64,000 nucleotides of DNA from positions 343 to 64,342 of IMG/VR virus record IMGVR_UViG_3300031629_000002; one strand, given 5' to 3'. This document shows, in pieces, positions 55,466-64,000 of the stretch. The translations under genes were made by a program, and so were the position numbers. Below the pieces are notes generated by a model, which was not told where the DNA came from, did no database searches, and saw nothing but the letters and a program-made list of their open reading frames with translations. The stretch comes from a virus (Duplodnaviria; Caudoviricetes). Each line of letters begins with the position of its first letter. Positions within the stretch are counted from its first letter, which is position 1.

Positions 55466-57756
55466 TTATTGCCACTTACGAAACAGACGAACAGGAATGT
55501 CCATCGATCTACCTTCGCTACCGTGATGAAGACGGGAATGTGATGGAGAACTATGTGTCGGATTACCGACCTTACTTCTATGTCGCCGCCGACAGTGACA
55601 TGTCACGAATTACGGAAATGTTCGATGAACGCTTCCGTGGATGGTATGCTGGTGAGAAGACCAGTATATCTCTCCCGACCGAGGAATTACCCGAAGGCCG
55701 TGAACTACTTTCTATTGTTGCTCCATCACCCAGTTCTGTGAAAGGTATGCGTGACCTTTGCGACGAAACATGGGAGGCTGACATTCACTTTCCCGACCGC
55801 TTTGCTATTGACAATATCAATCCAAAGGACATGCCCGACTGGTTTCCGAACATGGTTCGGGCTGGTGGCTTTGACCTTGAATGGAATGAAGAGGGTGAAC
55901 TCACCGCTATGGGCTTCACCACAGACGGTGAGGTAGTTCGACAGTGGTCTTGGCACCCGACACATGAAGGATTAGGTGCATTTCGTTCCGAGAGGGAGAT
56001 GCTATTGTCATTTGCCGATGCGTTCAAAACGCTGGATCCCGACCTCATTACTACATGGTCGGGCAACCGTGCCGACTGGCCGAAAATGTATGAACGCTAC
56101 AAGCACCACTACATTGGCTTCGATTGGATGTCGCCTCTTAGTGATGTCAGCAGTTCGCCGCCAATGACCCACCTCCCACGAAGTGGGGTTTATGAGGATG
56201 GTTCTCAAGTAATACCGGGTCGAATGACTGTTGATTTGGCAGACAGGAACCACGGCTTTGAGCGTGTGTGGAGAGACAGTGGCAACGGCCAATTGTCCGA
56301 CCGCCGACTTGGTGCTGTTGGAAAGGTAGCATTCCCCGATAGTCCCGAACTGTGGAAAATAGACACTAATGGGATTACTCACCACGATCTATGGTTGAAT
56401 CACTTCGATGACTTCTTGAAATACCATAGAGCCGATGTTATACTCACTGATCGACTCGACAGGGAATACCATGTCACCCGATTCTTCATGGCTTTACAGC
56501 GTGTGTGTGGGGTTTCATTTGGTTCCGTGTTCACCGTAAGTCGGTTCGCAAGGGGCTTACTACGCCGTAGGGCTTCGTGGGCTTCGCCAACAGGATTATA
56601 CAACAAAGGAAAAGGAGATTCATACGGTGGTGGTTTCGTGGCCGAGCCAAAGACTGGCCGCCATAACAATGTAGCCGTCTTCGATTACCGTGCCATGTAT
56701 GCTGAAATCCAGCGTGCTGACAATATCAGTCCCGAAATGCTTCGTCACGAAGCGGGAGAGAATATCCGTGCTGTTGGCAACGGGACATTTTGGAGTCAAG
56801 AGAGCATAGGGGTATTGCCACAATTGCAGATGGATCTTGCTGATGCTCGCAACGCCGCTAAGGCCGAGATGAAGAAGCACGAAGCAGGAACTTCGGAACA
56901 TGCTGGCTTCAACACACTACAATTAGCATTCAAGAGAGCCGCCGCATCGGTCTATGGCCTCATGGGACACACAGGTCATGGTGAAGCACACAGAACCGTT
57001 GCCGCCACTATCACCTATGTCGGGCGTTCATTGGTTTCACGACTCATGGATGTGTGCGAAGAGATGGGCTACGAGCCACTCGCAGGACACACCGACAGTG
57101 CATACATAGGAATTGGCGATGACGACGGTGAAGAGATTGCCGACGCTTTGACACGAAAGATACAGAAGGAGTTCGACTCCGAGCGTTTCGTCGTTGAATA
57201 TGAGAAACTGATGTCGTCATGGGTTGCCGCCAAAAAGAACAGAAACTTTGGCTGGGTCACTTGGCCGAGAGAAGCACTCCACTGCACTGGCTTTGAGATG
57301 AAGAAGTCAAATGCCGCATGGCTCACTAAACACATTCAAGAAACAGCCTTTGAATCACTATGTCGTGAAAATGCCACGGAGGAAGACATAAGGGACATGA
57401 TGAATAATTGGATAAGGGCTGTGCGAACTTTAGTGAAGCGAGAGTCTCTTGTTATGAGATCTAGGCTCGGTAAGAAGGCCGAATCATATGGACAACAAGG
57501 TGGGTTTCAAGGAGCCGCTAAAGACTACAACCGCCGCAACCCCGACAACCGCTTTGAGAAGGGTGATGGTGTCCCCCATGTCTATACTACAAGAGGGATC
57601 GAGGCGTTCCGAACAGATGAAGAACTCGAAGCCCTTGACATTGATTACACAACGGTTATACAGAAACAGATAATCGCTCCGGTCAGTCTCATTTTCGAGG
57701 CTATGGGCTGGCGAGAACTGACAGCCGACGGGGCAACCCCCCAAGAGTGGTGGTAA
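55462..57756 (+). CDS. polB: Family B DNA polymerase
   Basis: Exo I FDLE, Exo III YHRADV, Pol A FDYRAMY, Pol B KRAAASVYG, Pol C GHTDS, KKNR. Confidence 0.95.
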   Translation: MIIATYETDEQECPSIYLRYRDEDGNVMENYVSDYRPYFYVAADSDMSRITEMFDERFRGWYAGEKTSISLPTEELPEGRELLSIVAPSPSSVKGMRDLCDETWEADIHFPDRFAIDNINPKDMPDWFPNMVRAGGFDLEWNEEGELTAMGFTTDGEVVRQWSWHPTHEGLGAFRSEREMLLSFADAFKTLDPDLITTWSGNRADWPKMYERYKHHYIGFDWMSPLSDVSSSPPMTHLPRSGVYEDGSQVIPGRMTVDLADRNHGFERVWRDSGNGQLSDRRLGAVGKVAFPDSPELWKIDTNGITHHDLWLNHFDDFLKYHRADVILTDRLDREYHVTRFFMALQRVCGVSFGSVFTVSRFARGLLRRRASWASPTGLYNKGKGDSYGGGFVAEPKTGRHNNVAVFDYRAMYAEIQRADNISPEMLRHEAGENIRAVGNGTFWSQESIGVLPQLQMDLADARNAAKAEMKKHEAGTSEHAGFNTLQLAFKRAAASVYGLMGHTGHGEAHRTVAATITYVGRSLVSRLMDVCEEMGYEPLAGHTDSAYIGIGDDDGEEIADALTRKIQKEFDSERFVVEYEKLMSSWVAAKKNRNFGWVTWPREALHCTGFEMKKSNAAWLTKHIQETAFESLCRENATEEDIRDMMNNWIRAVRTLVKRESLVMRSRLGKKAESYGQQGGFQGAAKDYNRRNPDNRFEKGDGVPHVYTTRGIEAFRTDEELEALDIDYTTVIQKQIIAPVSLIFEAMGWRELTADGATPQEWW

Positions 57757-57759
57757 AAT

Positions 57760-58719
57760 ATGGAAGAAAAAGAAGACATAGCGATGGTATCATTTAGTGG
57801 CGGAAAAGACTCAACAGCCATGCTGTTGAAAATGCTTGAGATGGACGATCCAGTGAACTATCCGGTGCATCGCATCGTGTTCGCTGACACTGGTTTTGAG
57901 TTCCCCGAACTTTACGAATACATCAAGCATGTGGAGAAATACATTCAAGAGAAATACCCCGAAAGAGGGCTACATATCGAGCATGTGTTCTCAAAGAAGT
58001 CATGGAACGATTGGTTCTATGGAAAGGTGACGAGAGGAAAGAACGAGGGTAATGTGCGAGGGGCACCTCTAATTGTCTATCCTTGCTACTGGGCAAGAGA
58101 AGCAAAATTATACCCCCTCCAAAGGGCTACAAAGGAATGCAACATCAAGTATGTTGGTATCGCCATTGATGAGAAACGCCGTGTGTCGAAGACCGCAAAG
58201 GAGGATGGCATACGCTATCCCCTTATCGAATGGGGCTGGACAGAAGAAGACGCTTTCAAATATCTTGACGCCCTTGAGATGGTGAACCCTCTCTATGTCA
58301 ATTTCCAGCGTTTGGGCTGTTTTCACTGTCCCAAGCAACCTGTCGGTTCGTGGCATATCCTGTGGAAAAAATACCCGGATCTATGGGCGCAAGCAAAGGA
58401 ATGGGATGAAGAGAGTCGCCGTGTTTCAAATCCAGTTCATGGTTTCAATCAATACGACAGTCTTGCTGAAATGGAAGAGAAGTTCAAAGGCGGCTTTGTT
58501 CCAAAGGGCCGAAGGCCGTTTGAATGCAATTCCTGTGACGCTGTGAGTATCTATCACGACGACCAACAAGGCATCATTGAGATGTGGGGCGAAGAAGGCG
58601 AACTACATGCCGACGACGCTATGTCCTGTGAAATTAACGACCCCGGAAATGAAAAAGTCCTTGAAACCTTTCAATGGGTGAAGGCCGAAGAAGAACCAAA
58701 ACCAAAGGAGTTATGGTAA
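57760..58719 (+). CDS. PAPS-reductase family (PP-loop) protein
   Basis: VSFSGGKDS, FADTG.EFPE, YPLIEW, RLGCFHCP. Confidence 0.85.
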   Translation: MEEKEDIAMVSFSGGKDSTAMLLKMLEMDDPVNYPVHRIVFADTGFEFPELYEYIKHVEKYIQEKYPERGLHIEHVFSKKSWNDWFYGKVTRGKNEGNVRGAPLIVYPCYWAREAKLYPLQRATKECNIKYVGIAIDEKRRVSKTAKEDGIRYPLIEWGWTEEDAFKYLDALEMVNPLYVNFQRLGCFHCPKQPVGSWHILWKKYPDLWAQAKEWDEESRRVSNPVHGFNQYDSLAEMEEKFKGGFVPKGRRPFECNSCDAVSIYHDDQQGIIEMWGEEGELHADDAMSCEINDPGNEKVLETFQWVKAEEEPKPKELW

Positions 58720-59660
58720 TGATAACCCATAAAGCACCTCGCCCATACCCTGTGGCAAACCATGAGGATTTGTTCTCTTGCTACGATTGGCACCCCGGTA
58801 TGCCCGACAATATCATTCTCCGTATGACTAAATCGTCACTGGGAGAATCTACCTTTTGCTCTCAACAATACGCAATCAAGCGGATTATAGGCATGAAGGA
58901 GCCACAGAACGACAACATGCTACGAGGAACCAATGTCCACGACGCCGTTGAAGGCTTCTATCAAAGGGTGGACATCGAGAAGGCTACTGAATCGGAGGAT
59001 CTAGATGGCTATTTCCGTGAATGTTTCCCTTCTTCATCGGAAATCCGTTCGGGGCAGGATTCTTTCTATTTGGATGAAGACTTGCATATTGACCGCTACC
59101 GTGTGAAGGAGGTAGAGCGATTCAACAACAGCCAACCCGACAATTTCTTGCCGACTGGTAATGAAAAGGAGGTGGACACTGTTGTCGAAATAACCGTTGA
59201 TGGTGTGGCACAGCGCATCCACTTTGTTGGGTTCATTGACCGAATATATAGCAACCCCGACGGCTCTCTTCACATACACGAACTCAAGACAGGGGCTTGG
59301 AAAGAGTCCCCATACAAATACGAGGCTATGCGTAAGGAAATGGCATTCTATGTGTGGTTGTTGCGAAAGGCCGAGCCTTTGACACCAATTACCCACTGGG
59401 GTTGGGATCACACGAAAGGGGTGAAGGACACCGACACAGAAAACGCTGAAATGTTCCGCTTAGTGGAGGCAGTTCGTGTCAAAGAACTGGGCTTGATGAT
59501 GGTTGATATGCAAAACCTCGTCCGTATGCACAAGAAATACAAGGGTGATGGGGAAATCAGTATGTTTCCTCTTATCCCTCCCTTCCGCCAATACTCGATA
59601 TGCGACCCGTGGTGCGCTGTCAAAGAGTTCTGTCCACGCTATCAAACACATTTGGAGTGA
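58719..59660 (+). CDS. Cas4/RecB-like PD-(D/E)xK nuclease
   Basis: FC..Q, RGTNVH, GFIDRI, HELKTG, EMAFY, C-terminal CDPWC....C. Confidence 0.85.
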   Translation: MITHKAPRPYPVANHEDLFSCYDWHPGMPDNIILRMTKSSLGESTFCSQQYAIKRIIGMKEPQNDNMLRGTNVHDAVEGFYQRVDIEKATESEDLDGYFRECFPSSSEIRSGQDSFYLDEDLHIDRYRVKEVERFNNSQPDNFLPTGNEKEVDTVVEITVDGVAQRIHFVGFIDRIYSNPDGSLHIHELKTGAWKESPYKYEAMRKEMAFYVWLLRKAEPLTPITHWGWDHTKGVKDTDTENAEMFRLVEAVRVKELGLMMVDMQNLVRMHKKYKGDGEISMFPLIPPFRQYSICDPWCAVKEFCPRYQTHLE

Positions 59661-59665
59661 CTATT

Positions 59666-60730
59666 ATGACGCACATGTTCCGACATTTCCCCCGTGAAGT
59701 GGATATGCGTAAGCGTAAGGTAGTGCATAACATGGAGGAACTCCAACGCTATGTAGCCGCCACCAACGGTGCCGATGACCTCACCACCACCGTCTATGGG
59801 TTCCGTCAATTGAAGACGAAAGGGAACCGTGGTGAATACAATACTGCTGTGATCCCTCATTTCGTCATCGACATGGACTATGAACGAGCCATGAAAGAAG
59901 GTGTTTCATATGCCCAAGCGGGAGATAGGTGCTTCACAGAAGTCTCTACACTGCACCAGCACCTTGTGGCGAACGGCTGGCGACACGCCATGTGGTTCAC
60001 CGGAGGCGGTGTCCATATTTGGGTGAGCCTCGACAAAACATACTCACCTACTTCTGTTGAACTCGGTGACTTCTTACTCACTGGTCGCAAAATGATTGAC
60101 TCATGGGTCAAGAAGTGGGACTTATCCACACTTGATCCAGTGGTTTCATTCCGACCCGACCGTCACATTCGCATTCCTAATACATACAATTTCAAGCGTG
60201 GGCTGTGGGGTATGCCACTAACGACGGAGGACATTGATAATGGGTGGGCATCAGTCATAGCAAAGGCCGATGAACCGCACGGTGGTATGGTTCCATACGG
60301 CGAACAAGGTATGGAAATCAAAACAAAGAAGCGTGACCCAGCCGCCCCATTTGAGGCAGATCCTGTCGATGTGGACATGAAAAAGGTCGGGAACATCACC
60401 GTCCTCCCATGCTTGGCGTCAGCCGCCTGTGAGAAGGGTAGCAACCCAACGCACGAAGCGAGAGTGTATCTCGCCATGTATTTGGGCGACAGACTCCGTT
60501 CATTCGCCCGACCCCCTCGTTCGTCACCAGTCACCAACCGTAGCATAAAAGAGACAATAGTCGCTTTCATCGAGGATCTTCAATGGTCGGACTACAAAGC
60601 CGACATCACAAAATCATACATCAGCCACAATGTGGACAAATACTACAAGACACCTTCGTGTAAAACCCTGCTTGAAAAAGGGTATTGCATCGGGCGTTGT
60701 CCCTTCTATGATAGGAGTGGTGGAATATGA
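59666..60730 (+). CDS. Archaeo-eukaryotic primase, PriS fused to PriL-like Fe-S domain
   Basis: IDMD, FTGGGVHI, RHIRIPNT; C-terminal LPCL..HEAR..PSCKTL..C..C. Confidence 0.88.
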   Translation: MTHMFRHFPREVDMRKRKVVHNMEELQRYVAATNGADDLTTTVYGFRQLKTKGNRGEYNTAVIPHFVIDMDYERAMKEGVSYAQAGDRCFTEVSTLHQHLVANGWRHAMWFTGGGVHIWVSLDKTYSPTSVELGDFLLTGRKMIDSWVKKWDLSTLDPVVSFRPDRHIRIPNTYNFKRGLWGMPLTTEDIDNGWASVIAKADEPHGGMVPYGEQGMEIKTKKRDPAAPFEADPVDVDMKKVGNITVLPCLASAACEKGSNPTHEARVYLAMYLGDRLRSFARPPRSSPVTNRSIKETIVAFIEDLQWSDYKADITKSYISHNVDKYYKTPSCKTLLEKGYCIGRCPFYDRSGGI

Positions 60731-60815
60731 TTTTCTCAATTGAGAAATTGATTATTCAATTGATAAAACCCAAAAAGCATTCCAATTGGAAAATGAAAAC
60801 CGGAGATGAAAAACA

Positions 60816-60938
60816 ATGAGATTAACAGCAAGAATATGTGTAGATAGAAAGTGCCACAATTTAGCACGAAGTGGCTTCCGAAAATGTGTCCGATGTATGG
60901 TTGGACAAACCCCCGACAAACGAGGTGAAGAGGAATGA
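60816..60938 (+). CDS. 40-aa Cys-rich microprotein
   Basis: MRLTARICVDRKCHNLARSGFRKCVRC...; ATGA-coupled. Confidence 0.5.
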   Translation: MRLTARICVDRKCHNLARSGFRKCVRCMVGQTPDKRGEEE

Positions 60939-61189
60939 AGTGCTGGCACTGTAATGAAGAACTCATTTGGGGAGGCGACGATTCTTTCGAGGACTGGGGC
61001 TTAGATGGCGAGGGCATTGTTTCTAATTTCGTTTGTAGTAATGAAAAGTGTGAGGTTACTGTATTTGTCCACTTACCATTGGAACCGATCCGAATAAAAT
61101 GTAAAAAACCATTAGTCCATAAACCTCAATTTGAGGGTAAAATACACTGCAAACGGTGTGAAGCGGAACAAACGGAGATGATTGAATGA
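60935..61189 (+). CDS. Zn-ribbon protein
   Basis: MKCWHC.EELIWGGD...C...C; GAGGTGA SD. Confidence 0.7.
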   Translation: MKCWHCNEELIWGGDDSFEDWGLDGEGIVSNFVCSNEKCEVTVFVHLPLEPIRIKCKKPLVHKPQFEGKIHCKRCEAEQTEMIE

Positions 61190-61515
61190 GCGAAGACATA
61201 GAAAAAATACGAGCCAAAAAAGTGGCAGAAATGCAAGCGAAAATAAAGAATATGGAAAAGGATGTAGACGAAGTTCGTGCCATGCAGAACCAATTTACTT
61301 GGGCTGATTTCGATATTGACGAACCCGACTGGGGATTTCGTGTGAGCGAAGAAATGGAGGGTGCCTTTGAGGTATGCCAACAAGGCCAAATAGTGGCGAT
61401 GACCGCCGACCCAAAATGGGCACTGCTCGTTACCGACCTTCTCAACCGGGCAAGACTGGAAGAACTCATTATGACAAAGAAAAACACAAGTGCCGAGGAT
61501 GCACAAGGGGAGTGA
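61186..61515 (+). CDS. Hypothetical protein with N-terminal coiled coil
   Basis: Coupled ORF. Confidence 0.7.
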   Translation: MSEDIEKIRAKKVAEMQAKIKNMEKDVDEVRAMQNQFTWADFDIDEPDWGFRVSEEMEGAFEVCQQGQIVAMTADPKWALLVTDLLNRARLEELIMTKKNTSAEDAQGE

Positions 61516-61601
61516 AGTTAGTGCATCCTAATCACTCACTTTGTCATGCTTGTTTTATGAGTCTCCGAAAGACATATCCCGAAATTATGAAGGTGGAATA
61601 G

Positions 61602-62309
61602 ATGGTTGAAAAAATCCTCTATATCGACAATCGGGAACGATCTGGTCTTGAAGCGGCTGTTAAAGAGAAGGCTGATAAGGCCGGTATCAAGTGGGAAGTG
61701 AACCAAAATCTCATCACAGACTACTGCTACGGTCAATTGGGCATAGAAGCCAAGACCATTGATGACTACATGCAATCCCTCCAAAGCGGGCACCTTGCCC
61801 ACCAATTGGAAAACATGGACGAGAACTACAACCGTAACATCCTCGTCATTCATGGCAAACTGGACGCCTATGTGGCTCGTTTGAAGCGAAGAGGCAACAG
61901 AACCCCCTTCGCTCGCATACAGGCCCAATTCTTAGGTTCCTTGGCTCGCCTTGATGTGGATTTTGATTTGACAGTTATGCAATTCCCTACACCCTCCGCC
62001 GCCGCCTACTGGATCGTGAAGAGATGTGAGAAGGATGGCACGCTGGGTAGTATCAGCACATATCGCACACTGCGCCGCACATCGAGCGAAGACATGCGTA
62101 TTGATGCTCTTAGGGGTTTAGGATGTAGTGAGGCAATCGCCAAGCGTTTGCTAAAGTCATTCGGCTCTATTACTGAAATTGCTGGCGCAAGTGCAAACGA
62201 ACTTATGAAACTTGAAGGGATCGGAAAAGTGCGTGCTAAGGGCATCGTAGAGGCATTAAATAGTGAGTCCCCTGTGGTGAAAGAGAGAATTAAAATCACC
62301 AATGCCTAA
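61602..62309 (+). CDS. ERCC4/XPF (Hef-like) structure-specific nuclease with HhH motifs
   Basis: YIDNRE, DY, IEAKTIDD, QL..M; C-terminal LKSFGS...EGIGKVRA. Confidence 0.88.
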   Translation: MVEKILYIDNRERSGLEAAVKEKADKAGIKWEVNQNLITDYCYGQLGIEAKTIDDYMQSLQSGHLAHQLENMDENYNRNILVIHGKLDAYVARLKRRGNRTPFARIQAQFLGSLARLDVDFDLTVMQFPTPSAAAYWIVKRCEKDGTLGSISTYRTLRRTSSEDMRIDALRGLGCSEAIAKRLLKSFGSITEIAGASANELMKLEGIGKVRAKGIVEALNSESPVVKERIKITNA

Positions 62310-62359
62310 GTGTTGATATAGGGGATAGCGATAGGCACAATTCCAACGGAGAGAGAACC

Positions 62360-63898
62360 ATGACAGTATCAATAAACAGCGACATGAACAACTTAATGGC
62401 GCAACAAAGGCAGTGGGACGACTATATGGTCGTGAATAGCGACCATGAAGGTTCACAATTCATTCGTGGTTATATTGAACGGTTCAATACCGTTTCTTTC
62501 TTCAATGAATATGCTGGTCTGTTGTCGTTCTTTTTCGTCATGGGTCAGTTATGTGCCCCGTTCATGCGAATACCTATTCACGGCACTTACATCGACTGTC
62601 GGGTTCACACATACTGGATCCAACAATCAAGGACTGGAAAGTCAATCGCATGGGAGTTCACCGACCGCTTGCTTGAGGCATGTAATGTCGAGAGCGACAC
62701 CTTCACTGCTGGTTCGGATGCTAAACTCATCGGAACAGTCCTGTCCGAGCCTGTAATGGACGACAACGGGCGTCCAACGGGTGAAACCAACCACATAACC
62801 GTTCCCGGCCTTCTAAACGGCTACAAGACGCTTCTCTTTGACGAGGCGTCAATACTACTCAATGACTCAAAGTCACACTTCTCCGACAAAATCCTATACC
62901 TCCAACAAGCGATGGCACCACTCGGCTCACGAACCAATGTCCTCGTTAAGCACCTTGTAGGAGGCGATGTAAGGACTCCATCGGGTGTTTCCCTATGGAT
63001 GACTACCTATCCTCCTAAAGACATCATGGCGCATGTCTTAGACAAGGGTTTCTTCCAGCGTGTATTCTTATTCCAAAACGACATTACGGCGGAACAACGC
63101 CAAACCACCAGCGAACACCGTGTTGCAGGGGCGTATGTGCAAACAAATGAAAATATCATGGATTACGACATTCTCGCTGAATACATAACAGGCTGTGTCG
63201 ATGTGATGAAGAACCGACTCTTTGACGCTATGGGCATTACATGGGAAACCGTTGAAATCCGTAACGCCGAAGGGGAGATAGAGGAACGCCGTATAGAGCG
63301 TGACGAAGTGTGGAACCGTATTCCCGAAGGGGAGAGGGAACAAGCCGCTATGCGCCACGCACACGACATTTTCACGGTATCAGCAGGGTATCATCCTGCC
63401 ATCCTTAACGCCGTTGATGACTACTACGGGCTGGTGAACAACATAGCCAGTGAAGCGGTGCGTGAAACAGCCCTGTCGTTCCTACCCAACATTGAGAACT
63501 ACACTATGATTTTCTCAAACCTAATCGCTGTTCTCATGCAGGAAACAGAAATCACCGAGGATCATGTGATGATGGCAAGCGAAATCATTTTCGACAATCT
63601 CCATAACCTCACCATTTGGCTTGAACAGAAGGAATCTGTCAAGGATAAGAAAAAGGTCACAGCCGAGCGTGCTTCGTGGTCTAAGGCACAGACCATGTGC
63701 AAGCGATATACCAGCGAGAAGGACGGTATTGAGCGTGTTATGCAATCCGAACTACTCAAGGTATATGCCGCCCAGCAATCGGTGGCTGACATCACAGCCC
63801 AACGACGCTTCAATGCCTTGACAAAGGGCGGTTCGGTGGAAATCGTCAAGCAAGGAAAGGGCGGTAGGAATTATGTTTCCTTCTCATGGGGTGGCTAA
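62360..63898 (+). CDS. Divergent AAA+ (MCM-like) ATPase / putative replicative helicase
   Basis: Walker A QQSRTGKS, GSDAKLIGTV, PGLL, Walker B LLFDE, FFQR arginine finger, probable C-terminal wHTH. Confidence 0.65.
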   Translation: MTVSINSDMNNLMAQQRQWDDYMVVNSDHEGSQFIRGYIERFNTVSFFNEYAGLLSFFFVMGQLCAPFMRIPIHGTYIDCRVHTYWIQQSRTGKSIAWEFTDRLLEACNVESDTFTAGSDAKLIGTVLSEPVMDDNGRPTGETNHITVPGLLNGYKTLLFDEASILLNDSKSHFSDKILYLQQAMAPLGSRTNVLVKHLVGGDVRTPSGVSLWMTTYPPKDIMAHVLDKGFFQRVFLFQNDITAEQRQTTSEHRVAGAYVQTNENIMDYDILAEYITGCVDVMKNRLFDAMGITWETVEIRNAEGEIEERRIERDEVWNRIPEGEREQAAMRHAHDIFTVSAGYHPAILNAVDDYYGLVNNIASEAVRETALSFLPNIENYTMIFSNLIAVLMQETEITEDHVMMASEIIFDNLHNLTIWLEQKESVKDKKKVTAERASWSKAQTMCKRYTSEKDGIERVMQSELLKVYAAQQSVADITAQRRFNALTKGGSVEIVKQGKGGRNYVSFSWGG

Positions 63899-63899
63899 T

Positions 63900-64000
63900 A
63901 TGAAAGGCGTTGCTGTGATGTTCGACACGAACTTTGAGGAAGGCTGGCGTAGTGACATGGACATCATACTGATTGCCACATGGGATGGAAAGAAACCCAT
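63900..64000 (+). CDS. Partial ORF (5' end only)
   Basis: MKGVAVMFDTNFEEGWRSDMDIILIATWDG... runs off the window. Confidence 0.5.
   Translation, partial: MKGVAVMFDTNFEEGWRSDMDIILIATWDGKKP

Noticed and set aside
55462-57756. Inteins in PolB, TerL or the helicases
   Set aside because: Lengths are compact and I saw no intein splice-junction motifs (C...HN followed by C/S/T).
58719-59660. Cas4-like gene as evidence of a CRISPR-Cas locus
   Set aside because: No other cas genes or repeat-spacer array; solo Cas4-like nucleases are common in archaeal virus replication modules.
1-64000. tRNA/rRNA genes and major capsid or portal genes
   Set aside because: None recognised by eye. The structural module probably lies outside the window. 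tRNAscan was not run.

Overview
A 64-kb stretch of a tailed dsDNA virus of archaea. The archaeal-type replication set plus a thermosome best matches magroviruses, the viruses of Marine Group II / Poseidoniales Euryarchaeota; this assignment is inferred from gene content. Two arms diverge from a ~1-kb non-coding, repeat-rich region (32687-33714). The right arm (+ strand) holds early and replication genes: UvrD-like helicase, DUF932-like protein, many tiny translationally coupled ORFs, PC4-like and TFB-like proteins, ParB-like protein, an apparently inactivated DNA ligase, RFC, OB-fold protein, RecA/AAA ATPase, PCNA, PolB, PAPS-reductase-like protein, Cas4-like nuclease, fused primase, ERCC4 nuclease and MCM-like ATPase. 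The left arm (- strand) holds HMG-CoA lyase, a long gene array, a membrane-protein/small-GTPase operon, low-complexity proteins and the terminase large subunit. The most striking signal is a ~12-residue peptide, consensus M(T/S)AF(D/E)xA(F/W)xL(L/I)K. It starts 13 nearly consecutive but otherwise diverse genes (22593-31799), recurs internally or C-terminally in about 11 more places in the left arm, and was not seen in the replication arm. The cargo domains look like ADP-ribosyltransferases, GNAT acetyltransferases, a kinase, zincin peptidases, a Dam-like methylase and a Gp88-like Fe-S protein. My hypothesis is a capsid-targeting/maturation signal for a swappable set of virion-packaged, injected effectors, analogous to the T4 internal-protein targeting sequence. 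All family calls come from motifs read by eye; no database searches were run.
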